This document shows positions 1 to 7,456 of a stretch of DNA of 18,721 nt, piece after piece. The notes under the pieces were generated by a model. The model was given only the letters and a program-made list of their open reading frames with translations, searched no databases and was not told where the DNA came from. Positions within the stretch are counted from its first letter, which is position 1, and every line of letters starts with the position of its first letter. The position numbers and the translations under genes were made by a program. The DNA is from a candidate division WOR-3 bacterium (lineage in GTDB: Bacteria; Hydrothermota; Tepidihabitantia; SM23-42; CAYGYG01), in NCBI GenBank assembly GCA_965648915.1, contig CBFGIV010000045.1:1-18721 (forward strand), written 5' to 3'.

Positions 1-57
1 CTTTCTTAGTCTCTTTAATGGGTATGGTGGGGTAAGGCCTATTTTTAGTTTTTGCAT
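1..57 (-). CDS. N-terminus of a gene running off the left edge (MQKLKIGLTPPYPLKRLRK...), product unknown
   Basis: ATG at 57-55, AGGAGG Shine-Dalgarno at 68-63, frame open to the window edge, upstream promoter-like motif. Confidence 0.7.
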   Translation of the reverse strand, partial: MQKLKIGLTPPYPLKRLRK

Positions 58-74
58 ATCTTCCTCCTTGCCTC

Positions 75-103
75 ATCATACCTTAAAATTCCTAAAAAAT
101 CAA
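75..103 (-). promoter_or_regulatory. sigma70-type promoter for the left partial gene
   Basis: TTGATT (103-98) - 17 nt - TATGAT (80-75) on the minus strand. Confidence 0.55.
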
Positions 104-138
104 AAGGAAAAGTGGAGAGGACTCAGTAAAAATTCCTC

Positions 139-166
139 TTGACATTTCTTATAATATGGATATAAT
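139..166 (+). promoter_or_regulatory. sigma70-type promoter for the lipoprotein gene
   Basis: Perfect TTGACA (139-144) - 16 nt - TATAAT (161-166). An AAGGAG SD follows before ATG 190. Confidence 0.75.
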
Positions 167-189
167 ATGCGCCGAAAGGAGATAAAACT

Positions 190-744
190 ATGAAAAAGTT
201 ACTATGTGCTGGTTTAATGTTATTGGCTGTTGGTTGTGTTTGGGAACCGTTTGCCGAGTATGAGCACAAGGCAATCATTGAGGTCACCTCACCTACGGCT
301 GAGCAGTCAATCTCAAGTGTCGTTGTTTATATCGACACCTTCCCTCCCCCTCCTGATACCTCATATCTCGACACTGCCTATACAATAAATGTCACCGTCT
401 CGATGAAAGAGAAGACCGGTAAAAAAGTGAGATTCAGTGGTGTTGAATGCATCCTCTTCGATTCCAAAGGTAACGAACTCGGAACGGTTGGCGGAACCCA
501 GATCATACCTCCTCAGACCAATGAGGAAGTCGATAGCGTAACGGCAACGGTCAAAATAACTATCGATGATAACAAAATCTACCTTCTGGACCTCGCCAAC
601 GAGGCTGAGAAATGGAATGGTGGTAGTGGCTATCTTGGATTCTGGGCGTATGGAACCGAAATCGACAAGGCGTTAACAGTTGCCTGCCTTGAGAGTTATA
701 CCCCGCTCAAAGTGACCCGCGGTTCCTATCGCAGTGGCGATTAA
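190..744 (+). CDS. Hypothetical lipoprotein, probably beta-rich
   Basis: 184 aa. MKK plus hydrophobic stretch plus lipobox-like LAVG-C (Cys16). Has SD, its own promoter and a terminator. No family recognised. Confidence 0.75.
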   Translation: MKKLLCAGLMLLAVGCVWEPFAEYEHKAIIEVTSPTAEQSISSVVVYIDTFPPPPDTSYLDTAYTINVTVSMKEKTGKKVRFSGVECILFDSKGNELGTVGGTQIIPPQTNEEVDSVTATVKITIDDNKIYLLDLANEAEKWNGGSGYLGFWAYGTEIDKALTVACLESYTPLKVTRGSYRSGD

Positions 745-769
745 TCAATCAACAGCTGCTCGATAAATT

Positions 770-799
770 AAGGCCCGCCTGAGGCGGGCCTTTCTATTT
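770..799. terminator. Rho-independent terminator, probably bidirectional
   Basis: AAGGCCCGCC-TGA-GGCGGGCCTT perfect 10-bp inverted repeat between convergent genes. T-rich tail on + (TTTCTATTT) and TTAATTT on -. Confidence 0.85.
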
Positions 800-813
800 C
801 ATATCAGTTATAA

Positions 814-2064
814 TTATAGAACTTGCTCGGGATGGACAATCTCTCCCTTGATTGCCGATGCCGCAACCACTGCCGGTGAGGCAAGAAAAATCTTACTCTC
901 CGGGCTCCCCATCCTTGCCTGGAAGTTTCGATTTGTGGTCGAAATGCAGACCTCGCCCGAAGCCAGGACTCCCTGATGCGCACCCAGGCACGGCCCACAG
1001 CCCGGATTGACAATTATCGCTCCCGCATTGATAAAAGTTTTTAAAAAACCCCTTTCCATTGCCTCAAGATATACCTCCCGGGAAGCAGGTATCACAATCA
1101 TCCGGACATCATCGGCAATCTTTCTCCCTTCAAGGATCTCTGCTGCAACCTCCAGATCCTCAAGCCTGCCATTGGTGCAGGAGCCTAACAGAGCCTGGTC
1201 AATCTTTACCCCTTCAATCGCGCTTACGGGTCTGACATTATCAACCGAATGGGGACAGGCAATCTGGGGCTCTAAATTAGTAACATCTATCGATAAGACC
1301 TTTTCATAAACTCCATCCGGATCAGGCAGAATAACCGAAAACTCCTTATCAGTTCTCGATTTAACAAAATTTATCGTCTTATCATCAGGCAGGACAAAAG
1401 CAACCTTTGCCCCCATCTCCATTGAGAGATTGGAGAGAACCATCCTCGAGGCAATAGACATTTCACGAATTGTCGGGCCAGAAAATTCAACTGCCTTATA
1501 ATCTGCTCCATCTGCACCAAGTTTTCCAATTATATATAGAATAAGGTCTTTCGACATTACCCATCGGTTAAAATTACCGGAAACTTCTACTTTTATTGTC
1601 TCAGGGACCTTAAACCAGAGTTCGCCGGTTGCCCAGACTCCAGCCATCTCAGTTGCACCAATACCGGTGGCAAAAGTTCCAAAGGCGCCGTGGGTGGTTG
1701 TATGGGAATCGGTCCCGACCAGAACCTCACCAGGCCGGGTATGACCTTTTTCGGGCAGAACCTGATGGCAAATACCCAATTTCAGGTCATAAAAATTCTT
1801 GATCCCCTGTTCTTTAACGAATTTTCTAACCCTTTTGTGGAGTTCAGCGGTTCTCTCGGATTCGGCGGGTATCCGGTGGTCAAAGATGATAACAATCCTT
1901 TCTGGATCCCAGACCCTTTCTAACCCGATCTCCCTGAAATGTCTGATGACCAGATCAGCATTCTCATGGGACATTGCAACATCGATCCTTGCGGAGACGA
2001 TCTCTCCCGGTTGTACAGTATTCCGGCCCGATGCCCGGGCGAGTATCTTTTCGACCAGGGTCAT
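814..2064 (-). CDS. 3-isopropylmalate dehydratase / homoaconitase large subunit (LeuC/HacA type, aconitase family)
   Basis: MTLVEKILA start, FDH, GICHQV, GTDSHTTTHGA, SNLSMEMGAK, and [4Fe-4S] ligands GSCTNGR and PGCGPCLG, STTNRNFxxRMG. 416 aa fits the short archaeal-type large subunit. Substrate is uncertain, so no symbol is given. Confidence 0.9.
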   Translation of the reverse strand: MTLVEKILARASGRNTVQPGEIVSARIDVAMSHENADLVIRHFREIGLERVWDPERIVIIFDHRIPAESERTAELHKRVRKFVKEQGIKNFYDLKLGICHQVLPEKGHTRPGEVLVGTDSHTTTHGAFGTFATGIGATEMAGVWATGELWFKVPETIKVEVSGNFNRWVMSKDLILYIIGKLGADGADYKAVEFSGPTIREMSIASRMVLSNLSMEMGAKVAFVLPDDKTINFVKSRTDKEFSVILPDPDGVYEKVLSIDVTNLEPQIACPHSVDNVRPVSAIEGVKIDQALLGSCTNGRLEDLEVAAEILEGRKIADDVRMIVIPASREVYLEAMERGFLKTFINAGAIIVNPGCGPCLGAHQGVLASGEVCISTTNRNFQARMGSPESKIFLASPAVVAASAIKGEIVHPEQVL

Positions 2065-2136
2065 AAATTAAAGATTTACCAGGATAAAGCAGGGTAAGTG
2101 ATTCTTTAACACCTGAAAGAAGCCTTTTACTCCTTC

Positions 2137-3780
2137 TTATTCCGCGCCCAGGCCCTCAATCCCTTCCAGCCTCTTCAAGGTCTCGGGTTGACGGTAATCA
2201 GGCAGAAGAATCGGTGACTTGCGGATGGGTTTGATTCCAGCGGCCTTTAACTTCCTCTCGTAATTTTTGATATGGTTCAAGGTCAACCGCTTGATCTTCG
2301 CTTTCTTAGCATAGGCGGCAGCACTGATCCCGGCCCTTCTTCCAAAGACATTTACATCGAGCAAGGAATTGCCCATCAGCCGGTTTCGACCGTGCACCCC
2401 ACCAGACGCCTCACCCGCAACAAATAGTCCAGGGATCGAGGTCTCACAACGATCATTGATTACAATCCCTCCGTTCTGATAGTGCAGAGTCGGGAAGGTC
2501 AAAATCGGTTCTTTGGTCATATCGATCCCGAAGCGCATAAACTGTCGATACATCGCGGGTAGTTCCTTGACGATTGTCCCTGGACCTTTAAGCCTTTCGA
2601 TCAACGGGGTATCGAGCCAGACCGCTCTTACGCCTGATGGGGTCTCAATTCCTTTCTTTCGGTCCCAGCACTCTCTAATGATTCCTGATGAAACAACATC
2701 TCTGGTCTCAAGCGGATAGATAAACTGTTCACCATCAACATTGACCAGCTGGGCACCAACCCCACGCACCTTCTCTGTTATTAAAAGACCCAAGATCTGT
2801 TCAGGATAGGCAACACCGGTTGGATGGTACTGGGCAGTATCCATAAAGACAACCCTGGCTCCAACCCGATAGGCCAGGACAAGACCATCTGCAGTTGCAC
2901 CATAATGATTGGTCGTTGGAAAACCCTGGATGTGGAGTCGGCCAAACCCACCGGTCGCAATTACCGTCGCCTTGGCCTTGATCAGAAAATACTCCTTGGT
3001 CTCCATATTATAAATTATTCCACCCGCACATTTTCCTTCTTCATCCAGGACCAGTTCTACGACCGGACTGAATTCGATATAAGGGATCTTTCTATTACGA
3101 ATCTCATCCCGTAATACCCTCATTATCTCAGCCCCGGTATAGTCGCGGGCGGCATGCATCCTCTTCCGCGATGTTCCGCCACCGTGAATTGTCTGCATCG
3201 TTCCCTGGGCATCTTTATCATACATAATTCCGAGGTCTTCGTGCCATTTTATAACCTCGGGAGCATCCATCACCAGGGCACGAACCAGTTCGGGAAAATT
3301 GTCAAAGTGGCCGCCACCCATTACATCGAGATAGTGAATTGCGGGTGAATCATTCGCCTTGTCTGCAGCCTGGATTCCACCCTGTGCCATCATTGTATTG
3401 GCATCACCCAATCTCAATTTTGTAACAATCAATACCTTTGCGCCCTTCTCATTGGCCAGAAGAGCAGCCGCGGCACCTGCCCCTCCACCACCGATCACCA
3501 GAACATCACATTCATAATCCGGTCGGGTAAGATTGAAATTCTTTGCATCAATTCTCGGATAGGCCTCGAGCAGATCAGCAACTTCATTCAGGACCTGTTC
3601 CCCTTTATTCGGGCCAACCTTCAATACCCTAAGCGCACCCTTCTTATAATCGGGATGATATTTATGGAGTAATTCATCAATCTGCTGGGCAGTTAGACGC
3701 GGAAATACCTCCTTGAGCCTTCGCTCCCGTGTCGCCTCAACCTTAAGGATAGAATCACGCATATATGATTCGTAAGCCAT
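2137..3780 (-). CDS. FAD-binding fumarate reductase/succinate dehydrogenase flavoprotein-like subunit (FrdA/SdhA/TfrA/NadB family)
   Basis: GGGGAG Rossmann motif, AQGGI, ATGG, QYHPT, TEKVRG, RDVVS, HYQNGG, HGRNRLMGNSL. Start moved from TTG 3786 to ATG 3780 because AGGAGG lies at 3792-3787. Confidence 0.88.
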   Translation of the reverse strand: MAYESYMRDSILKVEATRERRLKEVFPRLTAQQIDELLHKYHPDYKKGALRVLKVGPNKGEQVLNEVADLLEAYPRIDAKNFNLTRPDYECDVLVIGGGGAGAAAALLANEKGAKVLIVTKLRLGDANTMMAQGGIQAADKANDSPAIHYLDVMGGGHFDNFPELVRALVMDAPEVIKWHEDLGIMYDKDAQGTMQTIHGGGTSRKRMHAARDYTGAEIMRVLRDEIRNRKIPYIEFSPVVELVLDEEGKCAGGIIYNMETKEYFLIKAKATVIATGGFGRLHIQGFPTTNHYGATADGLVLAYRVGARVVFMDTAQYHPTGVAYPEQILGLLITEKVRGVGAQLVNVDGEQFIYPLETRDVVSSGIIRECWDRKKGIETPSGVRAVWLDTPLIERLKGPGTIVKELPAMYRQFMRFGIDMTKEPILTFPTLHYQNGGIVINDRCETSIPGLFVAGEASGGVHGRNRLMGNSLLDVNVFGRRAGISAAAYAKKAKIKRLTLNHIKNYERKLKAAGIKPIRKSPILLPDYRQPETLKRLEGIEGLGAE

Positions 3781-3790
3781 CGCCAACCTC

Positions 3791-4471
3791 CTACTCTTCT
3801 ATCTTCCGTTTTGCATATAATGCCCTTAACTCCTCCTTGGATGCTTTCATCAATTTCTCAATCTCACTATCAAATTTCTTCTGTTTAATCTCTTCCAGCC
3901 GTTCCTGGAGATGCCGGGCGGGTCGGGCAATATATTTACCGTATAAACGGCGGGCCAGTAATGCATAATTATATTGAGCCAGTTCTGCGGGACAGCGCGA
4001 GGTGCAGAGTCCACACATTATACAGTCGAAGGAAAGATCGGCCATCCTTGCAAGATCACCCCGCTTACCTGCAGCAATATACTCCATCACATCGATATCC
4101 TGAGGGCAGGCCTTGGTGCAGGTATTGCAGCCCAAACATTTTAAAATTTCAGGATAGGTCTGGAGTAAGGCATCAAGACCGGGTTTAAGTTTATTAATAT
4201 CATATAAAGCCTTCTGGGCCGGGTAGAATGGAATTTGCGTAAGGTGCATCCCGTCTTCCACCATCGTAGCGCAGGCCAATCCGACCTTGAGCCGATAATC
4301 CCCTTCTTTCCGATATACAGTTGCACAGGCACCGCAGAAACCACCCCGACAACCACAACCCCGAACCAATTGATAACCGGCATACTCTAATGCCTTCTGG
4401 ATTGTCAATGAACCCGGAACTTCATATACCTTACCCATTATAAAAATCTTGACCATTTTAACTTTAGCCAT
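3791..4471 (-). CDS. FrdB/SdhB-like iron-sulfur subunit ([2Fe-2S] plus 2x[4Fe-4S])
   Basis: CRGGFCGAC...LAC 2Fe-2S motif, then CLGCNTCTKACP and CIMCGLCTSRCP. GGAGGA SD at 4480-4475. Its stop overlaps the SD of the flavoprotein gene. Confidence 0.88.
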   Translation of the reverse strand: MAKVKMVKIFIMGKVYEVPGSLTIQKALEYAGYQLVRGCGCRGGFCGACATVYRKEGDYRLKVGLACATMVEDGMHLTQIPFYPAQKALYDINKLKPGLDALLQTYPEILKCLGCNTCTKACPQDIDVMEYIAAGKRGDLARMADLSFDCIMCGLCTSRCPAELAQYNYALLARRLYGKYIARPARHLQERLEEIKQKKFDSEIEKLMKASKEELRALYAKRKIEE

Positions 4472-4579
4472 AAGTCCTCCTAAGGAACAACTATCATCAT
4501 AACCAATTAAAAACTAACCTACATACTATTTTTATTCTTCTGGTTGTTCTATAAAAGAGACAAAATACTTATGGATTGT

Positions 4580-4607
4580 ATTATATTCGATTCTTGATGA
4601 AAGTCAA
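4580..4607 (-). promoter_or_regulatory. sigma70-type promoter for the Fe-S/flavoprotein unit
   Basis: TTGACT (4607-4602) - 16 nt - TATAAT (4585-4580), implying a leader of about 100 nt. Confidence 0.65.
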
Positions 4608-4617
4608 TAAAATTGTG

Positions 4618-4648
4618 TAGATAGACATCGTAACCAGATGTCCATCTA
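4618..4648. repeat. 12-bp inverted repeat (operator, hairpin or REP-like)
   Basis: TAGATAGACATC-gtaacca-GATGTCCATCTA, 11/12 complementary. The mismatch becomes a G-U pair in minus-strand RNA. Confidence 0.65.
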
Positions 4649-4674
4649 ATTTCGCCATAAAATATTTTATTCAG

Positions 4675-4689
4675 ACCGGGAAGCCCGGT
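4675..4689. repeat. Short GC-rich hairpin
   Basis: ACCGGG-aag-CCCGGT in an AT-rich background. Confidence 0.45.
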
Positions 4690-4752
4690 GTCCATACTTA
4701 TTCTATAACCCAGAGCAACAAATATTTTACATCTATATCAAAATATAAGGAT

Positions 4753-4788
4753 GAGATTGCCACGTCTGTCCCTGGCAGGCTCGCAATT
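4753..4788. repeat. Degenerate REP-like interspersed palindromic element
   Basis: GAGATTGCCACG...CTCGCAAT resembles the widespread GAGATTGCCACG...CTCGCAATGAC intergenic repeat (from memory). Ends ATTGC/GCAAT pair. Confidence 0.45.
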
Positions 4789-4819
4789 AATAATGCGCTA
4801 ATCTCTTAAGATTTTATCG

Positions 4820-4848
4820 TTGACAAGATCACTTTTTTGGCCTAAATT
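4820..4848 (+). promoter_or_regulatory. sigma70-type promoter for cheW-mcp-cheW, probably leaderless
   Basis: TTGACA (4820-4825) - 17 nt - TAAATT (4843-4848), 6 nt before ATG 4855. Confidence 0.6.
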
Positions 4849-4854
4849 GGGGGT

Positions 4855-5310
4855 ATGGAACCGAAAAAAGAGATCGCCCTTGCGGTCTTCTCCATAGGTG
4901 ATGAAGAATACGCCGTATCCTTAGATAATCTGGTTGAAATCTTATTCGATTGTAAAATTGATCAACTTCCCCATCTGGAGAAGCCCCTAATTGGTACAAT
5001 TGTCTATCCGGGGCAAAACGGTAAGAGTATCCCGGTGGTTGACCTTGCCTCAACCCTCGGCATCAAAACCGAGCGACCAAAACGCTATCTTTTAATTCTT
5101 CAGGAGCAGGGTGAGATGATGGCCTTTCTGATCGACTCACCAACCGAAATAGTGAAAATCGACCGGGCAATGATCTCGCCTCTCCCCAGTACCTTCAGCC
5201 CTGAGGAGAAGGAATTTCTCGAGGGGATTATCAGTATTGATTCAAAACTTATTGGTTTAATCCGCCCAATTAAAGCTGCCGCAAGTCTTTTACCGAATCG
5301 AGGGAAATAA
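4855..5310 (+). CDS. cheW: CheW-family chemotaxis coupling protein
   Basis: 151 aa. [15 protein letters not shown]....LIG, IPVVDL...LG, MAFLID...EIV, FLEGI....KLI pattern. Overlaps the MCP start (TAATG). Confidence 0.8.
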   Translation: MEPKKEIALAVFSIGDEEYAVSLDNLVEILFDCKIDQLPHLEKPLIGTIVYPGQNGKSIPVVDLASTLGIKTERPKRYLLILQEQGEMMAFLIDSPTEIVKIDRAMISPLPSTFSPEEKEFLEGIISIDSKLIGLIRPIKAAASLLPNRGK

Positions 5311-6947
5311 TGAAATCACGATATCTATTGCTCACCCATTTATCAAACTTGCTTATCGGTTTACCCGCTTTATATGTATTCATCATCTACAACTTCAACA
5401 CCACTCCGTTCCAGCGTATCATTACAATGTTTATAGCCATTGCCATCAATCTTGGTGCTCTGATAATACAGACAAGGAGTAGAATCATACCCAATCCTTT
5501 TCAGATCGCCTTCAGGAGCTCTCTTGCCTGGACCCTGGTTGGCCTCCTCACCGGTATATTCCTCGCTTTTTATACTTCATCCTTACTGACGATTCTTTAT
5601 GCCCTCTTGATCGGTATATTTGTTGGCGCATTCCTTGCCACCATTCAATATCATCTTGCCCTGCAACTCTCGCAGGATATGGATATTGAGGAACTCAGTT
5701 TAGGATTGAGATGGCAATTCAATATTTCACTCTTTATCTTCTTTCTCTTTTTCGGACTGCTCTTAACACAAGCCTCCGGGACCGTTGCCTTTCTTCAGAT
5801 CATAACGGTTGCTCTGGTAAGTGTCATCCTCTCCCTTATCTTGAGTTTTTTCTTCTTTACTCCGCTCCTCAATAGTATCCGGCGCATCAGTGTTCGAATT
5901 AACGAACTGGCGACTGCGGGCGGCGATGTATCAAAGCGCCTCTTTGTCCGCTCCCGAAATGAGATCGGGGAATTGACCGCGTCGATAAACAATCTGCTTG
6001 ACTCGATTGAGAATATCATACAGAATTTAAGCGGTATAAGTTTTGAAGTCAGTGAACGGGCCGAAGCCCTCTCTTCGGCTACCGAGGAGATGAACGCATC
6101 GCTTGAGGAAGTTTCTTCAACAGTTCAGCATATTGCCAAGGGCTCGCAGGAGCAGTCGGTTAGCATATCCAATATTGCCCGATCCCTTGATGAATATTCA
6201 AAATTTACTGCTTCAGTAACCTCACAGGTTAAAATGACCGTTGTATCTTCAACCAAAGCAGCCAAGAGTGCTGAAGAGGGTATGGTCCTTTCAAAATCGG
6301 CGACTGAGATCTCTCAGGATCTCTATGCCCACACCCTTGTCTCTCAGGAACGAATGGCCCTGCTCAAAAAGAATGCCAACGAAATAAGAAAAATTCTTGA
6401 TATCATCCGTTCCTTCTCTGATCAAACTGATATTCTTGCCTTAAATTCAGCCATTGAGGCGGCCCGAATCGGTGAAGCAGGGAGGGGTTTCGCGGTCGTG
6501 GCTGAAGAGATCAGAAATTTAGCCAATGAAATCCAGAAGTCGTCTGCCACCGTGGAAAATGTAATTATTGAAACCGAAAAATCTATTGATGAACTTTATG
6601 AGTCGCTCAATATTGAACAGGAAAAAGTAGCAAAAGGCAGGGATATAAATCTCAAAAGTGAAGAGCACTTTATTCAGATCACCCGGGCAGTAAATTTAGC
6701 CAATGAGATGGTCAAACAGATATCGTCCGCTGCCACCAAACAGGTCGAATCTGTCCGTTCATTACTGAGCGCAATCGAGGATGTAGCCAAGGTTGCAACT
6801 GATACCGCTGCTTCTACCGAGGAGGTGGCATCAGCCGTGGAAGAACAGACCGCATCTATGGAAGAACTATCATCTACTGCTCAGGCCCTTTCTCAGATGT
6901 CAATAAAACTTACCGAACTGATCAAAAAATTTGGAAAAGAAAAATAA
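5310..6947 (+). CDS. Methyl-accepting chemotaxis protein (about 6 TM, HAMP, signalling domain)
   Basis: About six hydrophobic segments in the first 185 aa. HAMP motif [16 protein letters not shown]...IN. Hairpin tip [31 protein letters not shown]. Methylation helices ATEEM and [18 protein letters not shown]. Confidence 0.93.
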   Translation: MKSRYLLLTHLSNLLIGLPALYVFIIYNFNTTPFQRIITMFIAIAINLGALIIQTRSRIIPNPFQIAFRSSLAWTLVGLLTGIFLAFYTSSLLTILYALLIGIFVGAFLATIQYHLALQLSQDMDIEELSLGLRWQFNISLFIFFLFFGLLLTQASGTVAFLQIITVALVSVILSLILSFFFFTPLLNSIRRISVRINELATAGGDVSKRLFVRSRNEIGELTASINNLLDSIENIIQNLSGISFEVSERAEALSSATEEMNASLEEVSSTVQHIAKGSQEQSVSISNIARSLDEYSKFTASVTSQVKMTVVSSTKAAKSAEEGMVLSKSATEISQDLYAHTLVSQERMALLKKNANEIRKILDIIRSFSDQTDILALNSAIEAARIGEAGRGFAVVAEEIRNLANEIQKSSATVENVIIETEKSIDELYESLNIEQEKVAKGRDINLKSEEHFIQITRAVNLANEMVKQISSAATKQVESVRSLLSAIEDVAKVATDTAASTEEVASAVEEQTASMEELSSTAQALSQMSIKLTELIKKFGKEK

Positions 6948-7380
6948 TCCGCAGATTTTTATATTCAAGATTGAAAACATCTTATTCGGTGTGAAGGTCG
7001 ATGAAATCGTTGAGGTCGTCCGTCCAGGGGAGATTATACCGGAAAAGAAACCAAAAAATTTTATCCTTGGCACTTTCTCACTCCGGAACCAGAAAATCCC
7101 GGTCTTTGATCTACCCTCATATCTGGGGCTTAAAAAAACCAACGCCAAAAATAATATTATCGTATCAAAAATCAAAGATCTTATCCTGGGCTTTCTGGTT
7201 GATGAGTTCCGCGGTGTGGCAAATGAGCCGGAAAAGAAGATGGTCCTTGACAAAGATATATTTAAGATTAAATCACCGGTGCCGGTCTGTCATATCGATG
7301 GCCAGTTAATTCAGATTATCTCCTTCGTGAACCTCCTCCCCCCTTCAAAAATCAACTCCCTGAAAAAAATCAAACTCTAA
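6931..7380 (+). CDS. Divergent CheW-like protein
   Basis: 149 aa, TTG start overlapping the MCP end. [37 protein letters not shown]...LG, LGFLVD. Confidence 0.78.
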   Translation: MEKKNNPQIFIFKIENILFGVKVDEIVEVVRPGEIIPEKKPKNFILGTFSLRNQKIPVFDLPSYLGLKKTNAKNNIIVSKIKDLILGFLVDEFRGVANEPEKKMVLDKDIFKIKSPVPVCHIDGQLIQIISFVNLLPPSKINSLKKIKL

Positions 7381-7422
7381 TATCGGTTACCCGCGCTTCC
7401 TCTTGGCGCTCCCGATTCCCGA

Positions 7423-7451
7423 TTGACTTTTATGCCAGATCGATATATATT
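7423..7451 (+). promoter_or_regulatory. sigma70-type promoter for tilS, probably leaderless
   Basis: TTGACT (7423-7428) - 17 nt - TATATT (7446-7451), 5 nt before ATG 7457. No SD. Confidence 0.6.
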
Positions 7452-7456
7452 TTCCT

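Noticed and set aside
2137..3780. Calling the flavoprotein nadB or sdhA
   Set aside because: No nadA/nadC is nearby and it has an Fe-S partner, which argues against nadB. It lacks the covalent-FAD His and an anchor, which argues against canonical sdhA.
4472..4575. Riboswitch in the roughly 100-nt leader of the Fe-S gene
   Set aside because: Only a 7-bp GAACAAC/GTTGTTC pairing is visible in very AT-rich sequence, with no recognisable aptamer.
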